Shown here: one piece after another, positions 1 through 7,949 of the stretch
Numbering within the stretch: position 1 is the stretch's first letter
How the letters are laid out: each line of letters starts with the position of its first letter
Virus record (IMG/VR): IMGVR_UViG_2703718778_000005
Source: a virus
Lineage: Duplodnaviria > Heunggongvirae > Uroviricota > Caudoviricetes
Direction: 5' to 3' (one strand)
Length of the DNA: 8,280 nucleotides
The notes under the pieces: generated by a model
Told to the model about the DNA's origin: nothing
Database searches by the model: none
What the model saw: the letters and a program-made list of their open reading frames with translations, nothing else
Made by a program: the position numbers and the translations under genes

Positions 1-190
<190 letters not shown>

Positions 191-191
191 C

Positions 192-2078
192 TTACTCTTC
201 CATCGCCTGGCGGATCTGATCCAACGACGCTGGATCATCAATGGTCGTCAGATCTCCAGGATCGCGTCCTTCGCAAATCGCCTGGATCGTGCGGCGCAGC
301 ATTTTTCCGGATCGCGTTTTTGGCAATTGCGAGACAAACCAGACGTGCGCCGGGCGGCCAAAGTTGCCAATCTGGCTGTCCACCAGCGCCATAATCGCCT
401 TCTCTTGCGAATGCGCCACATCACGATCTTCCAGACTGTCGCTCTCTTTCGGAATGACAAACGCTACCGCCACCTGCCCTTTCAGCGCATCTTTCACCCC
501 AACCACCGCCACTTCGGCAACGCCCGGATGACTGGAAATACTCTCTTCAATCTCGCGCGTGCCCAGCCGATGCCCGGCAACGTTAATCACATCGTCAGTG
601 CGCCCGAGAATAAAGTGATAACCGTCAGCATCGCGGATGCCCCAGTCAAAGGTGGCGTACACCGGACGGGAAAACAGCGACCAGTACGTCTTCACAAAGC
701 GGTCGTCATCGCCCCAGATGGTCTGAATACACCCCGGCGGCAGCGGCCCTTCCACCACCAGCATCCCTTTCTCGTTGACGCCACACGGTTCGCCGGTGAC
801 TTCATTAAGCAACTGCACGTTATAGCCATACATCGGCACGCCGGGGCTTCCCAGACGCGTCGGCCTGTCGTCCAGACCGCGAGCAATCGCCATAATCGGC
901 CAGCCGGATTCGGTCTGCCAGTAGTTGTCGATGACCGGCACATCCAGCGTATTGCTCACCCAACTGGCGGTCGGCTCGTCCAGCGGTTCTCCAGCCAGAT
1001 AGAGCACTTCCAGCGACGAGAGATCGTGTTTGCGAATTTCAGCGGTAGGGAATTTTTTCAGCACGCGAATGGCGGTCGGCGCTGAGAACATCCGGCTAAC
1101 CTGATATTTCTCGACGATTTTCCACCACACGCCGCAGTCCGGCCAGGTCGGTAATCCTTCGTAAACGATAGTCGCCATCCCCGCCAGCAGCGGCGCGTAG
1201 ACGATATACGAATGCCCCACCACCCAGCCGATATCCGAAGCACAAAAGAACACACCGCCCGCTTTGCCGCCAAAAATGGTGTCCATCGAGGTCGCCAGCG
1301 CCACCGCATATCCGCCGACGTCACGCTGCACGCCTTTAGGTTTGCCGGTCGTGCCGGAGGTGTAGAGAATGCAGGAGGTTTCGTTGGATTCCAGCCACGC
1401 CACCGGTACCCGCGCGCCGATGTGTTGATGGCGCAACGACGCGAAATCGACATCCCGCCCGCTGACGCGCGCCATTTTCGCCAGCCCGCGATCCACCAGC
1501 AAAACATGGCGCGGCTGGTGCTGCGCCTGACTTATCGCATCGTCGAGCAATTTTTTATAGGGAATGATTTTGCCACCGCGCGCTCCGGCATCAGCCGAGA
1601 CAATCAGCACCGGTTTAGCATCATCAATTCGCGCCGCCACGCTGTGCGAGGCAAATCCACCAAACACCACCGAGTGAATAGCGCCAATGCGCGCGCAGGC
1701 CAGCAGGGTAATATGCGCTTCGGCAATCATCGGCATATACACCAGCACCCGATCGCCACGCTGCACGCCCAGCGAGCGCAGCATTGACGCCACCGCGTTT
1801 ACTTCGTCATGAAGCTGGCGAAAGGTAAAGGTGCGCTCTTCTTCTGTTTCCGAAGAGACGGCAATCAGCGCCAGCGCCTCTGGCTGTTTCTCCAGCCAGC
1901 GATCGATAGCGTTGTGACACAAGTTGGTTCGGCCTTCACAAAACCAACGGGCAAACGGCGGATTGCTGTGATCGAGCGTTTGCGTAAAGGGCGTCTGCCA
2001 GTCAATACGCCGGGCCTGCTCGGCCCAGAACTGCTCCGGTTCGTTAATCGAACGCTGATAAAATTCGCTAAAAGACAT
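192..2078 (-). CDS. prpE: Propionate--CoA ligase (propionyl-CoA synthetase), acyl-CoA synthetase family
   Basis: 628-aa ORF whose length and sequence match E. coli PrpE as I recall it; contains the AMP-binding motif YTSGTTGKPKG. ATG at 2076-2078 preceded on the minus strand by AGGAGAG with a 4-nt spacer; TAA stop at 192-194. Last gene of the operon. Confidence 0.96.
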   Translation of the reverse strand: MSFSEFYQRSINEPEQFWAEQARRIDWQTPFTQTLDHSNPPFARWFCEGRTNLCHNAIDRWLEKQPEALALIAVSSETEEERTFTFRQLHDEVNAVASMLRSLGVQRGDRVLVYMPMIAEAHITLLACARIGAIHSVVFGGFASHSVAARIDDAKPVLIVSADAGARGGKIIPYKKLLDDAISQAQHQPRHVLLVDRGLAKMARVSGRDVDFASLRHQHIGARVPVAWLESNETSCILYTSGTTGKPKGVQRDVGGYAVALATSMDTIFGGKAGGVFFCASDIGWVVGHSYIVYAPLLAGMATIVYEGLPTWPDCGVWWKIVEKYQVSRMFSAPTAIRVLKKFPTAEIRKHDLSSLEVLYLAGEPLDEPTASWVSNTLDVPVIDNYWQTESGWPIMAIARGLDDRPTRLGSPGVPMYGYNVQLLNEVTGEPCGVNEKGMLVVEGPLPPGCIQTIWGDDDRFVKTYWSLFSRPVYATFDWGIRDADGYHFILGRTDDVINVAGHRLGTREIEESISSHPGVAEVAVVGVKDALKGQVAVAFVIPKESDSLEDRDVAHSQEKAIMALVDSQIGNFGRPAHVWFVSQLPKTRSGKMLRRTIQAICEGRDPGDLTTIDDPASLDQIRQAMEE

Positions 2079-2117
2079 AATGCTCTCCTGTTGAACTTAC
2101 GCCTTACCGCCGTTTAC

Positions 2118-3569
2118 TTAAATGACGTACAGGTCGAGATACTCATTGACCGGCATCTGTTCCAGGCGAGCTCTGTCGAGAGAAACCTCCAGAATGCGCT
2201 GCTGCTGGCGAGTCGGGAACTGGCGCGCGAGATTGATTTTGAATTTATCCACCAGCTTCGGAATGCCATCCTGACGGCGGCGAGCATGACCAATGGGGTA
2301 CTCCACCACCACTTCTTCAAAGCGCGTGCCGTCGGTGAACTCAAGAGTAATGGCATTGGCGATGGCGCGTTTTTCCGGGTCGTGGTAGTCAGCGGTAAAC
2401 GTCGGATCTTCAAAGCAATTGATCTTCTCGCGCAGGGCGTCAATGCGTTTATCTTGCGCAACGTTGTCCTCGTAATCTGCCGCCGTTAAGCGCCCGAACA
2501 ACAGCGGGATCGCCACCATGTATTGAATGCAGTGGTCGCGGTCAGCCGGGTTATTGAGCGGCCCTTTTTTGTCGATGATGCGAATACAGGCTTCGTGGGT
2601 GCGAATGGTCACTTTTTCGATATCCGCCGCCGTTTTGCCTGCTGCTTGCATCTGTTCATAGAGCGTCATCGCCGCTTCAACTGCCGTCTGGGAGTGGAAC
2701 TCCGCCGGGAAGGAGATTTTGAACAGCACATTTTCCATGACGTAAGAACCGTACGGGCGCTGGAAGCGGAACGATTCACCTTTGAAGGAGACGTCGTAGA
2801 AGCCCCACACCGGCGCAGTCAGGGCTGACGGGTAACCCATTTCGCCCGTTTTCGCCATCAGTGCCAGACGTACCGCGCGGGAAGTGGCATCGCCCGCCGC
2901 CCAGGATTTACGCGTGCCGGTGTTCGGCGCATGGCGATAGGTGCGCAGCGACTGACCGTCCACCCACGCCAGCGAAACGGCGTTGAGAATTTCCTCGCGG
3001 GTCAGGCCAAGCATTTCGGCGACCACGGCGGTGGAAGCCACTTTCACTAACAGAACGTGGTCGAGGCCAACGCGGTTAAAGGAGTTTTCCAGCGCGATGC
3101 AGCCCTGAATTTCATGGGCTTTGATCATTCCGGTCAGCACCTGTTTCATGGTCAACGGCGCTTTGCCGCTGGCGACCGCGTTGCGCGAAAGCCAGTCTGC
3201 CGTTGCCAGAATGCCGCCGAGGTTGTCGGAAGGATGCCCCCACTCCGCCGCCAGCCAGGTATCGTTGAAATCGAGCCAACGGATCATCGCGCCGATGTTA
3301 AATGCCGCCTGGACGGGGTCGAGCTGGAACTGAGTTCCGGGGACGCGCACGCCGTTAGGTACGACGGTGCCGGGGACAATTGGCCCCAGCAGTTTTTTAC
3401 AGGCTGGGTATTCGAGAGCTTCAAGACCGCAGCCGAGCGTGTCGAGCAGGCAGTAATGTGCGGTGTCGTAGGCTACTTTGGAGCTGATTTCGTAGTTCAT
3501 GACGTAATCGACGATATCAACGATTTCACGATCAAATTCCGGGCGGATGTTGTTGATTTGAGCTGACAT
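2118..3569 (-). CDS. prpD: 2-methylcitrate dehydratase (MmgE/PrpD family)
   Basis: 483-aa ORF matching E. coli PrpD in length and sequence ([23 protein letters not shown]...EYLDLYVI). ATG at 3567-3569 with AAGGAA upstream; 39-bp gap to prpE. Confidence 0.96.
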   Translation of the reverse strand: MSAQINNIRPEFDREIVDIVDYVMNYEISSKVAYDTAHYCLLDTLGCGLEALEYPACKKLLGPIVPGTVVPNGVRVPGTQFQLDPVQAAFNIGAMIRWLDFNDTWLAAEWGHPSDNLGGILATADWLSRNAVASGKAPLTMKQVLTGMIKAHEIQGCIALENSFNRVGLDHVLLVKVASTAVVAEMLGLTREEILNAVSLAWVDGQSLRTYRHAPNTGTRKSWAAGDATSRAVRLALMAKTGEMGYPSALTAPVWGFYDVSFKGESFRFQRPYGSYVMENVLFKISFPAEFHSQTAVEAAMTLYEQMQAAGKTAADIEKVTIRTHEACIRIIDKKGPLNNPADRDHCIQYMVAIPLLFGRLTAADYEDNVAQDKRIDALREKINCFEDPTFTADYHDPEKRAIANAITLEFTDGTRFEEVVVEYPIGHARRRQDGIPKLVDKFKINLARQFPTRQQQRILEVSLDRARLEQMPVNEYLDLYVI

Positions 3570-3602
3570 TGGGTACGTTTCCTTATTGTTATTCGTAGAG
3601 GT

Positions 3603-4715
3603 TTACTGGCGCTTATCCAGCGCGACAAACTGGCGGTCTTCCGGTCCAACATAATTGGCGGAAGGACGGATAATTTTGTTGTCCTGACGTTGTTCGATAA
3701 TGTGCGCCGCCCAGCCGGTGACGCGGGCGATAACAAACAGTGGTGTGAACATCTCGGTGGGAACGCCCATCATGTTGTAGGAAACAGCAGAGAACCAGTC
3801 GAGATTGGGGAACATCTTTTTGCTCTCCCACATCACCGTTTCCAGGCGATCGGCGATGTTGTACATCTTCAGCGAGCCGCCTTCCTGCGAGAGCTGCTTC
3901 GCCACACGTTTAATCACCTGGTGGCGCGGGTCAGCGATGGTGTAAACCGGATGACCAAAACCAATGACCACTTCTTTGTTTTCCACGCGCTTGCGGATAT
4001 CTGCTTCGGCTTCGTCCGGCGTTTCGTAGCGTTGCTGGATCTCCAGCGACACTTCATTCGCCCCGCCGTGTTTTGGCCCGCGCAGTGCGCCAATCGCGCC
4101 AATAATCGCGGAATACATATCAGAGCCGGTGCCCGCAATCACCCGACTGGTAAAGGTGGAGGCGTTAAACTCGTGTTCGGCGTACAGCACCAGCGAGATA
4201 TGCATCGCCTTTTCCCAGCTTTGCGATGGCTTTTCGCCGTGCAGCAGATGCAGGAAGTGACCGCCGATGGAGTCGTCATCGGTTTCCGGTTGGATGCGTT
4301 CGCCGTTGTGGCTGTAGTGATACCAATAAAGGAGAATCGAGCTAAGCGACGCCAGCAGTTTGTCGGCAATATCCCGCGCGCCAGAGACGGTATGCCCCTC
4401 TTTTTCTGGCAGCGTGCAGCCGAGCGCGGAAACACCGGTGCGCATAACATCCATCGGGTGTGACGCCGCCGGTAAGGCTTCCAGCACGGTACGCACGTTA
4501 GCCGGTAAACCACGCAGGGCTTTCAGTTTCGTTTTGTAAGCGGCGAGTTCGTCACGGGTCGGCAGTTTGCCGTGGATCAGCAGATGAGCCACTTCTTCAA
4601 ATTCGCAATGTTCCGCCAGATCAAGAATATCGTAGCCACGGTAATGCAGGTCATTGCCACTTTTACCCACGGTGCAGAGCGCCGTATTGCCCGCCGGAAC
4701 GCCGGAAAGTGCCAC
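3603..4715 (-). CDS. prpC: 2-methylcitrate synthase, 5'-disrupted (N-terminus replaced at the prophage junction plus a frame break; probable pseudogene or N-truncated product)
   Basis: The 370-aa ORF from GTG at 4713-4715 matches E. coli PrpC from about residue 20 ([33 protein letters not shown]...) to the C-terminus (...FVALDKRQ). Codons matching residues ~10-17 (STHVIKPK) lie at 4746-4723 in a different frame, and no in-frame ATG or native N-terminus exists upstream. Confidence 0.85.
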   Translation of the reverse strand: MALSGVPAGNTALCTVGKSGNDLHYRGYDILDLAEHCEFEEVAHLLIHGKLPTRDELAAYKTKLKALRGLPANVRTVLEALPAASHPMDVMRTGVSALGCTLPEKEGHTVSGARDIADKLLASLSSILLYWYHYSHNGERIQPETDDDSIGGHFLHLLHGEKPSQSWEKAMHISLVLYAEHEFNASTFTSRVIAGTGSDMYSAIIGAIGALRGPKHGGANEVSLEIQQRYETPDEAEADIRKRVENKEVVIGFGHPVYTIADPRHQVIKRVAKQLSQEGGSLKMYNIADRLETVMWESKKMFPNLDWFSAVSYNMMGVPTEMFTPLFVIARVTGWAAHIIEQRQDNKIIRPSANYVGPEDRQFVALDKRQ

Positions 4716-4748
4716 CGATTTTTCGGTTTAATGACATGGGTACTGTAA

Positions 4749-4769
4749 CACCCCGCATAACGCGGGGTG
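4749..4769 (-). other. GC-rich hairpin (8-bp stem, 5-nt loop) downstream of int; weak or non-canonical terminator, or att-arm structure
   Basis: caccccgc-ataac-gcggggtg is a perfect 8-bp inverted repeat. On the minus strand it is followed by TTACAGTACCC, so there is no U-tract and it is not a canonical intrinsic terminator. Confidence 0.35.
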
Positions 4770-4775
4770 CTGAAC

Positions 4776-4788
4776 TATCAACAACTTA
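4776..4788. promoter_or_regulatory. Candidate IHF-binding site in the att arm
   Basis: TATCAACAACTTA fits the IHF consensus WATCAANNNNTTR exactly. A related motif ATCAACGAC recurs at 4806-4814. Confidence 0.25.
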
Positions 4789-4877
4789 GAGAAAACACCT
4801 TAAAAATCAACGACACCCAAAAGCGATATAAGCCGCTATTAAGTGCCATTAATTCAGTTCGCGTAGGCAATGCGTAG

Positions 4878-5858
4878 TCAAACACCCAGTCCTCCACCAA
4901 GCGGATTTAGCGTAATCGCGTGCTGAAGAAAGTCCGGCGAAAGATGCGCATAAATCATCGTTTGCTTGATGCTGGCGTGCCCCATGATTTGCTGAAGCGC
5001 GATAATGTTTCCTCCGTTCATCATGAACCAGCTGGCGAACGTGTGGCGAAGTACGTGCGTTGACTGGCCCCGTGGTAAGTCAGGTTTTACACGCCGCAAC
5101 TGCTCGCGGAACTGAGCATAGTTCACATCAAAGAACGGCCCCGTTTCGCAGGTTTTGATCTCCCGCTCCAGCGCTTCCGAGATCGGCACCGTCCTTTTTT
5201 TGCCGTTCTTCGTTTTCAGAAAGGTCACACGCCCATGATTGACCTGCTCTGCCCGTAGCGTGCTTCCCTCATTCCACCGCGCCCCGGTACTGAGACACAG
5301 CAACGCCACCCGACGATTATCACCCTCCAGAAATTCCAGCAATCGGGCGATCTCCTGCTTTGTAAGGTAAGTCATCGGCGGCTGCGCCTCCCGTAGCGGC
5401 AGCAAACCGCGACAGGGATTTTCAACCCGAAATTCACCGAGTTTAATCAACGCGGTAAACATACCGGACAAACGATAGATATCGCGGTTAATGGTTGATG
5501 CGCTAATGCCATCTGTAAGCCGTTCGCCGCGATGCCTGGCAATTTCACGCTTATCAAGCCGGTTAACAGCCGGATTACCCAGCGCCCTGATTGTTTTTTC
5601 CAGTTGTTGCCTTTCGATTGCGCCGTTCTCCAGTGTCTGACCATGCAACAGCCACCAGATATCCAGCAATTCCCCAAGTGTGCGGCGATCAGTACTTGCG
5701 CCGAGCCATTCTTTTTTCTCGACGTTTGCCATCACATACCGCTCAAACAGGATAGCTTCCTGTTTTTTCTTGAAACGTCTGCGTATGCGTTTGCCTTCAC
5801 GACCACGCGGGTAAATATCCACCTGATATTGCCCCCCTTCGAGCTTCTTAATCGTCAT
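4878..5858 (-). CDS. int: Tyrosine site-specific integrase, P2/186/HP1 family
   Basis: 326-aa ORF. N-terminus MTIKKLEGGQYQVDIYPRGREGKRIRRRFKKKQEA is typical of P2-family integrases. C-terminal catalytic signature is present: TGARWNE (Arg), HVLRHTFAS (His-x-x-Arg), MIYAHL (Tyr nucleophile). Minus-strand RBS GGAGGG 7 nt upstream of ATG 5856-5858. Confidence 0.93.
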   Translation of the reverse strand: MTIKKLEGGQYQVDIYPRGREGKRIRRRFKKKQEAILFERYVMANVEKKEWLGASTDRRTLGELLDIWWLLHGQTLENGAIERQQLEKTIRALGNPAVNRLDKREIARHRGERLTDGISASTINRDIYRLSGMFTALIKLGEFRVENPCRGLLPLREAQPPMTYLTKQEIARLLEFLEGDNRRVALLCLSTGARWNEGSTLRAEQVNHGRVTFLKTKNGKKRTVPISEALEREIKTCETGPFFDVNYAQFREQLRRVKPDLPRGQSTHVLRHTFASWFMMNGGNIIALQQIMGHASIKQTMIYAHLSPDFLQHAITLNPLGGGLGV

Positions 5859-5924
5859 AGCGAAGCCCTCCGGTTGACACCAGTGAAACCGTCTCTAACC
5901 AGTCAATAAAATCAAAATGTAACG

Positions 5925-6248
5925 TTAACCAGTTTTGCGGACGGAGCGGCGCGACGTTGCCACATCTTCGCGCCCATCAGGGGAGAGAGTCGGGGCAATC
6001 TGCCCTGATTCCGGCGCAGTAGTATCAGTCATCAGCCACAGGGCGTACTTCTGAAACCGTGGGTGTGTTGTGATTTTGAGCAAAATTTCACTACCGACAC
6101 CATCCCTTCTCCCTGTCTCGTACTGTTTTTGAGTACTGGCAGGGACACCTGTAAGATCAAAGAATTGGCTTCTGGATAACCCTTCTGCATCTCTTATCAA
6201 ACGAATTTTTTCTCCTATCGAGCTTGACAGGGGTTCATATGACACCAT
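5925..6248 (-). CDS. Immunity repressor, P2 C-family
   Basis: 107-aa ORF with helix-turn-helix-like segment LSRSQFFDLTGVPASTQKQYETG and a C-terminal block WLMTDTTAPESGQIAPTLSP...KTG that closely parallels P2 C (...APESGQIAP...GQKTG) as I recall it. Located just upstream of and co-oriented with int, as in P2. RBS GAGGG 6 nt before the ATG. Confidence 0.85.
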   Translation of the reverse strand: MVSYEPLSSSIGEKIRLIRDAEGLSRSQFFDLTGVPASTQKQYETGRRDGVGSEILLKITTHPRFQKYALWLMTDTTAPESGQIAPTLSPDGREDVATSRRSVRKTG

Positions 6249-6345
6249 ATATTGCCCTCATTGGTTTCAATTGACACCATTCAATTAATACCGCTATAAG
6301 CGGATATAAACCGCCAATAGCACCAGAAAAAGGGGATTATTACAC
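6249..6345. promoter_or_regulatory. Lysis-lysogeny switch region between divergent C and cox (early and repressor promoters with operators)
   Basis: 97-bp AT-rich gap between divergent start codons. Contains TTGACA (6271-6276), the palindrome CCGCTATAAGCGG (6291-6303) and tandem 9-mers TATAAGCGG / TATAAACCG (6295-6303, 6305-6313) spaced 10 bp apart. Confidence 0.5.
6271..6300 (+). promoter_or_regulatory. Candidate sigma70 early promoter (Pe-like) driving cox and downstream genes
   Basis: TTGACA at 6271-6276, 18-bp spacer, TATAAG at 6295-6300. The -10 sits inside the tandem TATAA(G/A)C(G/C)G repeats, as expected if the repressor occludes the -10. Confidence 0.3.
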
Positions 6346-6627
6346 ATGAGAGACAGAGAGCTGGAGCGATATATCAACATCGGCTACCCAATTGATGCCG
6401 TCCCCGGCCCCAAATTCGCCGAGATGATCGGTAAACCGGCATCCGCTGTGAGTGACATGATTTCAGACGGAAAACTACCAGTTATTAAATGGCAGAACCC
6501 TAACGCTCTACGTTCACGCGCTGAAAACTGGATCTACATACCAGAATTCAACAAAGCGATGCGCGAAGCATTCTTTGCTCGCCCGAAAGAGCAACGGGAC
6601 GCATGGTTGTTGTGGATTGGATTGTGA
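6346..6627 (+). CDS. cox: Cox-family excisionase / switch repressor (P2 Cox-like)
   Basis: 93-aa ORF. FAEMIGKPASAVSDMISDGKLPVI...WIYIPEFN...RPKEQRDAWLLWIGL parallels P2 Cox (FAKLIGKSTGAVRRMIDKGKLPVI...WVYLPAWN...RPKEIRDGWLMWLGL) as I recall it. Divergent from C. Confidence 0.85.
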   Translation: MRDRELERYINIGYPIDAVPGPKFAEMIGKPASAVSDMISDGKLPVIKWQNPNALRSRAENWIYIPEFNKAMREAFFARPKEQRDAWLLWIGL

Positions 6628-6703
6628 TTACGAACGGGAAGTGACAGCAAAGTAAACAACAATATTAACAAAAGCCAGGGGGACAAAATTAGATTTTGGG
6701 GGA

Positions 6704-6952
6704 ATGAAGGAGAGAGAAGTGAGCAGTAATACACCAGGTTTACGGGATATGCAAATCATAGATAACCGCCCCACAGAAAAAGAGTTATACAGCCTTTTTC
6801 GGTTCATCATCGTACGCCAACAATCAGGCAGACTGGATCCAACACGAGCAAGCGAAGAATGGAGACAGGTATTTGCCGATTATGAAGCGGATGTAATTGG
6901 GTGTGTCATGGCTGAAGTGGTTTTTAGGCTAACAAGAGACGAATCACTGTAA
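6704..6952 (+). CDS. Hypothetical early protein in the orf78-equivalent position after cox; start uncertain
   Basis: 82-aa ORF from ATG 6704, or 77 aa from in-frame GTG 6719, which has a much better RBS (AAGGAG at 6707-6712, 6-nt spacer). No family recognised. Confidence 0.5.
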   Translation: MKEREVSSNTPGLRDMQIIDNRPTEKELYSLFRFIIVRQQSGRLDPTRASEEWRQVFADYEADVIGCVMAEVVFRLTRDESL

Positions 6953-6977
6953 TCATCACATGAGGATCGGCTGAAGA

Positions 6978-7328
6978 ATGAAACAACAACGAAACGCGCA
7001 CCCCCATAACAACACTGAACGCCACAAATTGCGCAGTGGCGCAGAACGCAACGTTGCGAGTCACTCCCACCGTAAAACTGGTACGACCGCAACTACCGAA
7101 ATCCACGCAACACCAGACGGCCATCCGGTAAAACAAACCGGCAAGCACACCTGGGCGATTGGCGACACTGGCATCGTTATTCACAAAAGTTTTCGTAGCC
7201 CTGTTACTGGCAGATTTAATTTTACCCTGACTCGCGGAGATGATTACTTCGGACAGGACTTCACATTTTTTGAAGCGTTAAGAACGGTCGATCGGTTAAT
7301 GACTGGTCGTAATTTTCACGCTAAATGA
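6978..7328 (+). CDS. Hypothetical early protein with basic, His/Thr/Asn-rich low-complexity N-terminal half
   Basis: 116-aa ORF co-oriented with the early operon, GAGGA 10 nt upstream. N-terminal ~55 aa are low complexity (NAHPHNNTERHKLRSGAERNVASHSHRKTGTTATTEIHATPDGHPVKQTGKH); C-terminal half looks globular. A perfect 12-bp palindrome CGCAACGTTGCG lies inside at 7047-7058. Confidence 0.45.
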   Translation: MKQQRNAHPHNNTERHKLRSGAERNVASHSHRKTGTTATTEIHATPDGHPVKQTGKHTWAIGDTGIVIHKSFRSPVTGRFNFTLTRGDDYFGQDFTFFEALRTVDRLMTGRNFHAK

Positions 7329-7341
7329 TACAGATGAAAAC

Positions 7342-7557
7342 ATGGAAACATACAAAATTAAAAATATTGAACACCATGACGGTTTTTTCAGCACTGAACA
7401 TGTTGCTTGTGTTGTCAGGATTTTCAATGAAGTAGATGTGATTTTGAAGCAAAACATAAAGCTTGAAATCATCGCAAAAAGCGAAGCCGACGCCATTGAA
7501 ATAAAAAAAGCTATTGAACGCCAGATAATGCCGTTGACAAGTATCATTGCATTTTAA
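7342..7557 (+). CDS. Hypothetical small protein (71 aa), first gene of the AT-rich cassette
   Basis: ORF in a region of roughly 30-35% GC by eye. No strong SD; starts 14 nt after the preceding stop. No family recognised. Confidence 0.42.
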   Translation: METYKIKNIEHHDGFFSTEHVACVVRIFNEVDVILKQNIKLEIIAKSEADAIEIKKAIERQIMPLTSIIAF

Positions 7558-7575
7558 GCAACAGGAAAAATAACC

Positions 7576-7815
7576 ATGACCAGAAATTACAAAGAAATCG
7601 TCAATCAGATCATTAAGGCTTACAGCCACCGCATCGCAAAATCACCCGAGTTCATACGCATAATGGAGACGCGCTCATTAATGCAAGGACTGAACGGGTT
7701 GGCACTGGCCGCATTGGCAGCTAACGATATTGATGCCACTATCGAAATAAACAACCTGTTATTAGACATTGAAAAAGGCGGAAACATAGAACCCTACAAT
7801 CTGGAGGCCGCATGA
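7576..7815 (+). CDS. Hypothetical small protein (79 aa), probably helical
   Basis: ATG 7576 with AGGA 9 nt upstream. The stop overlaps the next start as ATGA at 7812-7815. No family recognised. Confidence 0.5.
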   Translation: MTRNYKEIVNQIIKAYSHRIAKSPEFIRIMETRSLMQGLNGLALAALAANDIDATIEINNLLLDIEKGGNIEPYNLEAA

Positions 7816-7937
7816 GCGTATTTCTTTCGTGGGTAATTCTGATTATCTCCGTGCTTATGACAATCGGCATTATGCGAATTATCCACACACTGAAGGATAT
7901 CGAATTATTCTTTACCGGCGATAAACGCCGTAAATAA
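7812..7937 (+). CDS. Small membrane peptide (41 aa, one predicted TM helix); not in the supplied ORF track
   Basis: MSVFLSWVILIISVLMTIGIMRIIHTLKDIELFFTGDKRRK has a hydrophobic ~20-aa core and a charged C-terminus. GGAGG at 7803-7807; start overlaps the upstream stop (ATGA), suggesting translational coupling. Confidence 0.35.
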   Translation: MSVFLSWVILIISVLMTIGIMRIIHTLKDIELFFTGDKRRK

Positions 7938-7949
7938 AGCGAAAACCTT

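Larger units (their letters stand above)
4716..4877. other. Prophage-host junction (attL/attR-type region) between the prpC 5' remnant and the integrase 3' end
   Basis: Match to the prpC N-terminal coding sequence stops near 4746-4747. The integrase stop is at 4878-4880. Between them are a hairpin, an IHF-consensus match and a repeated ATCAAC motif, as expected for an arm of a phage attachment site. Confidence 0.45.

Noticed and set aside
2114-4513. ORFs 2114-2461 (-), 2523-2828 (+), 3057-3566 (+), 3121-3333 (+), 3497-3736 (-), 3613-3831 (-), 3690-4463 (+), 3914-4138 (-) and 4139-4513 (-)
   Set aside because: Shadow ORFs overlapping prpD and prpC in other frames or on the opposite strand; no RBS and no recognisable protein features.
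4749-4769. Calling the hairpin after int a Rho-independent terminator
   Set aside because: The stem is good but no U-tract follows on the minus strand (TTACAGTACCC), so it is kept as a structural element only.
4716-4877. A tRNA gene at the prophage junction, since P2-like phages often target tRNA genes
   Set aside because: No T-loop or acceptor-stem pattern and no cloverleaf-compatible segment seen. The only strong hairpin (4749-4769) is an isolated 8-bp stem. The junction instead coincides with the 5' end of prpC.
5447-5909. ORFs 5447-5677 (-) and 5532-5909 (+) overlapping the integrase
   Set aside because: Internal or antisense to a well-supported integrase gene with catalytic motifs; treated as frame artefacts.
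7334-7435. Alternative 33-aa hydrophobic ORF (MKTWKHTKLKILNTMTVFSALNMLLVLSGFSMK) from ATG 7334, overlapping the start of the 71-aa gene in another frame
   Set aside because: No better RBS than the 71-aa ORF and much shorter. It cannot be excluded without expression data, but the longer frame is the conservative call.
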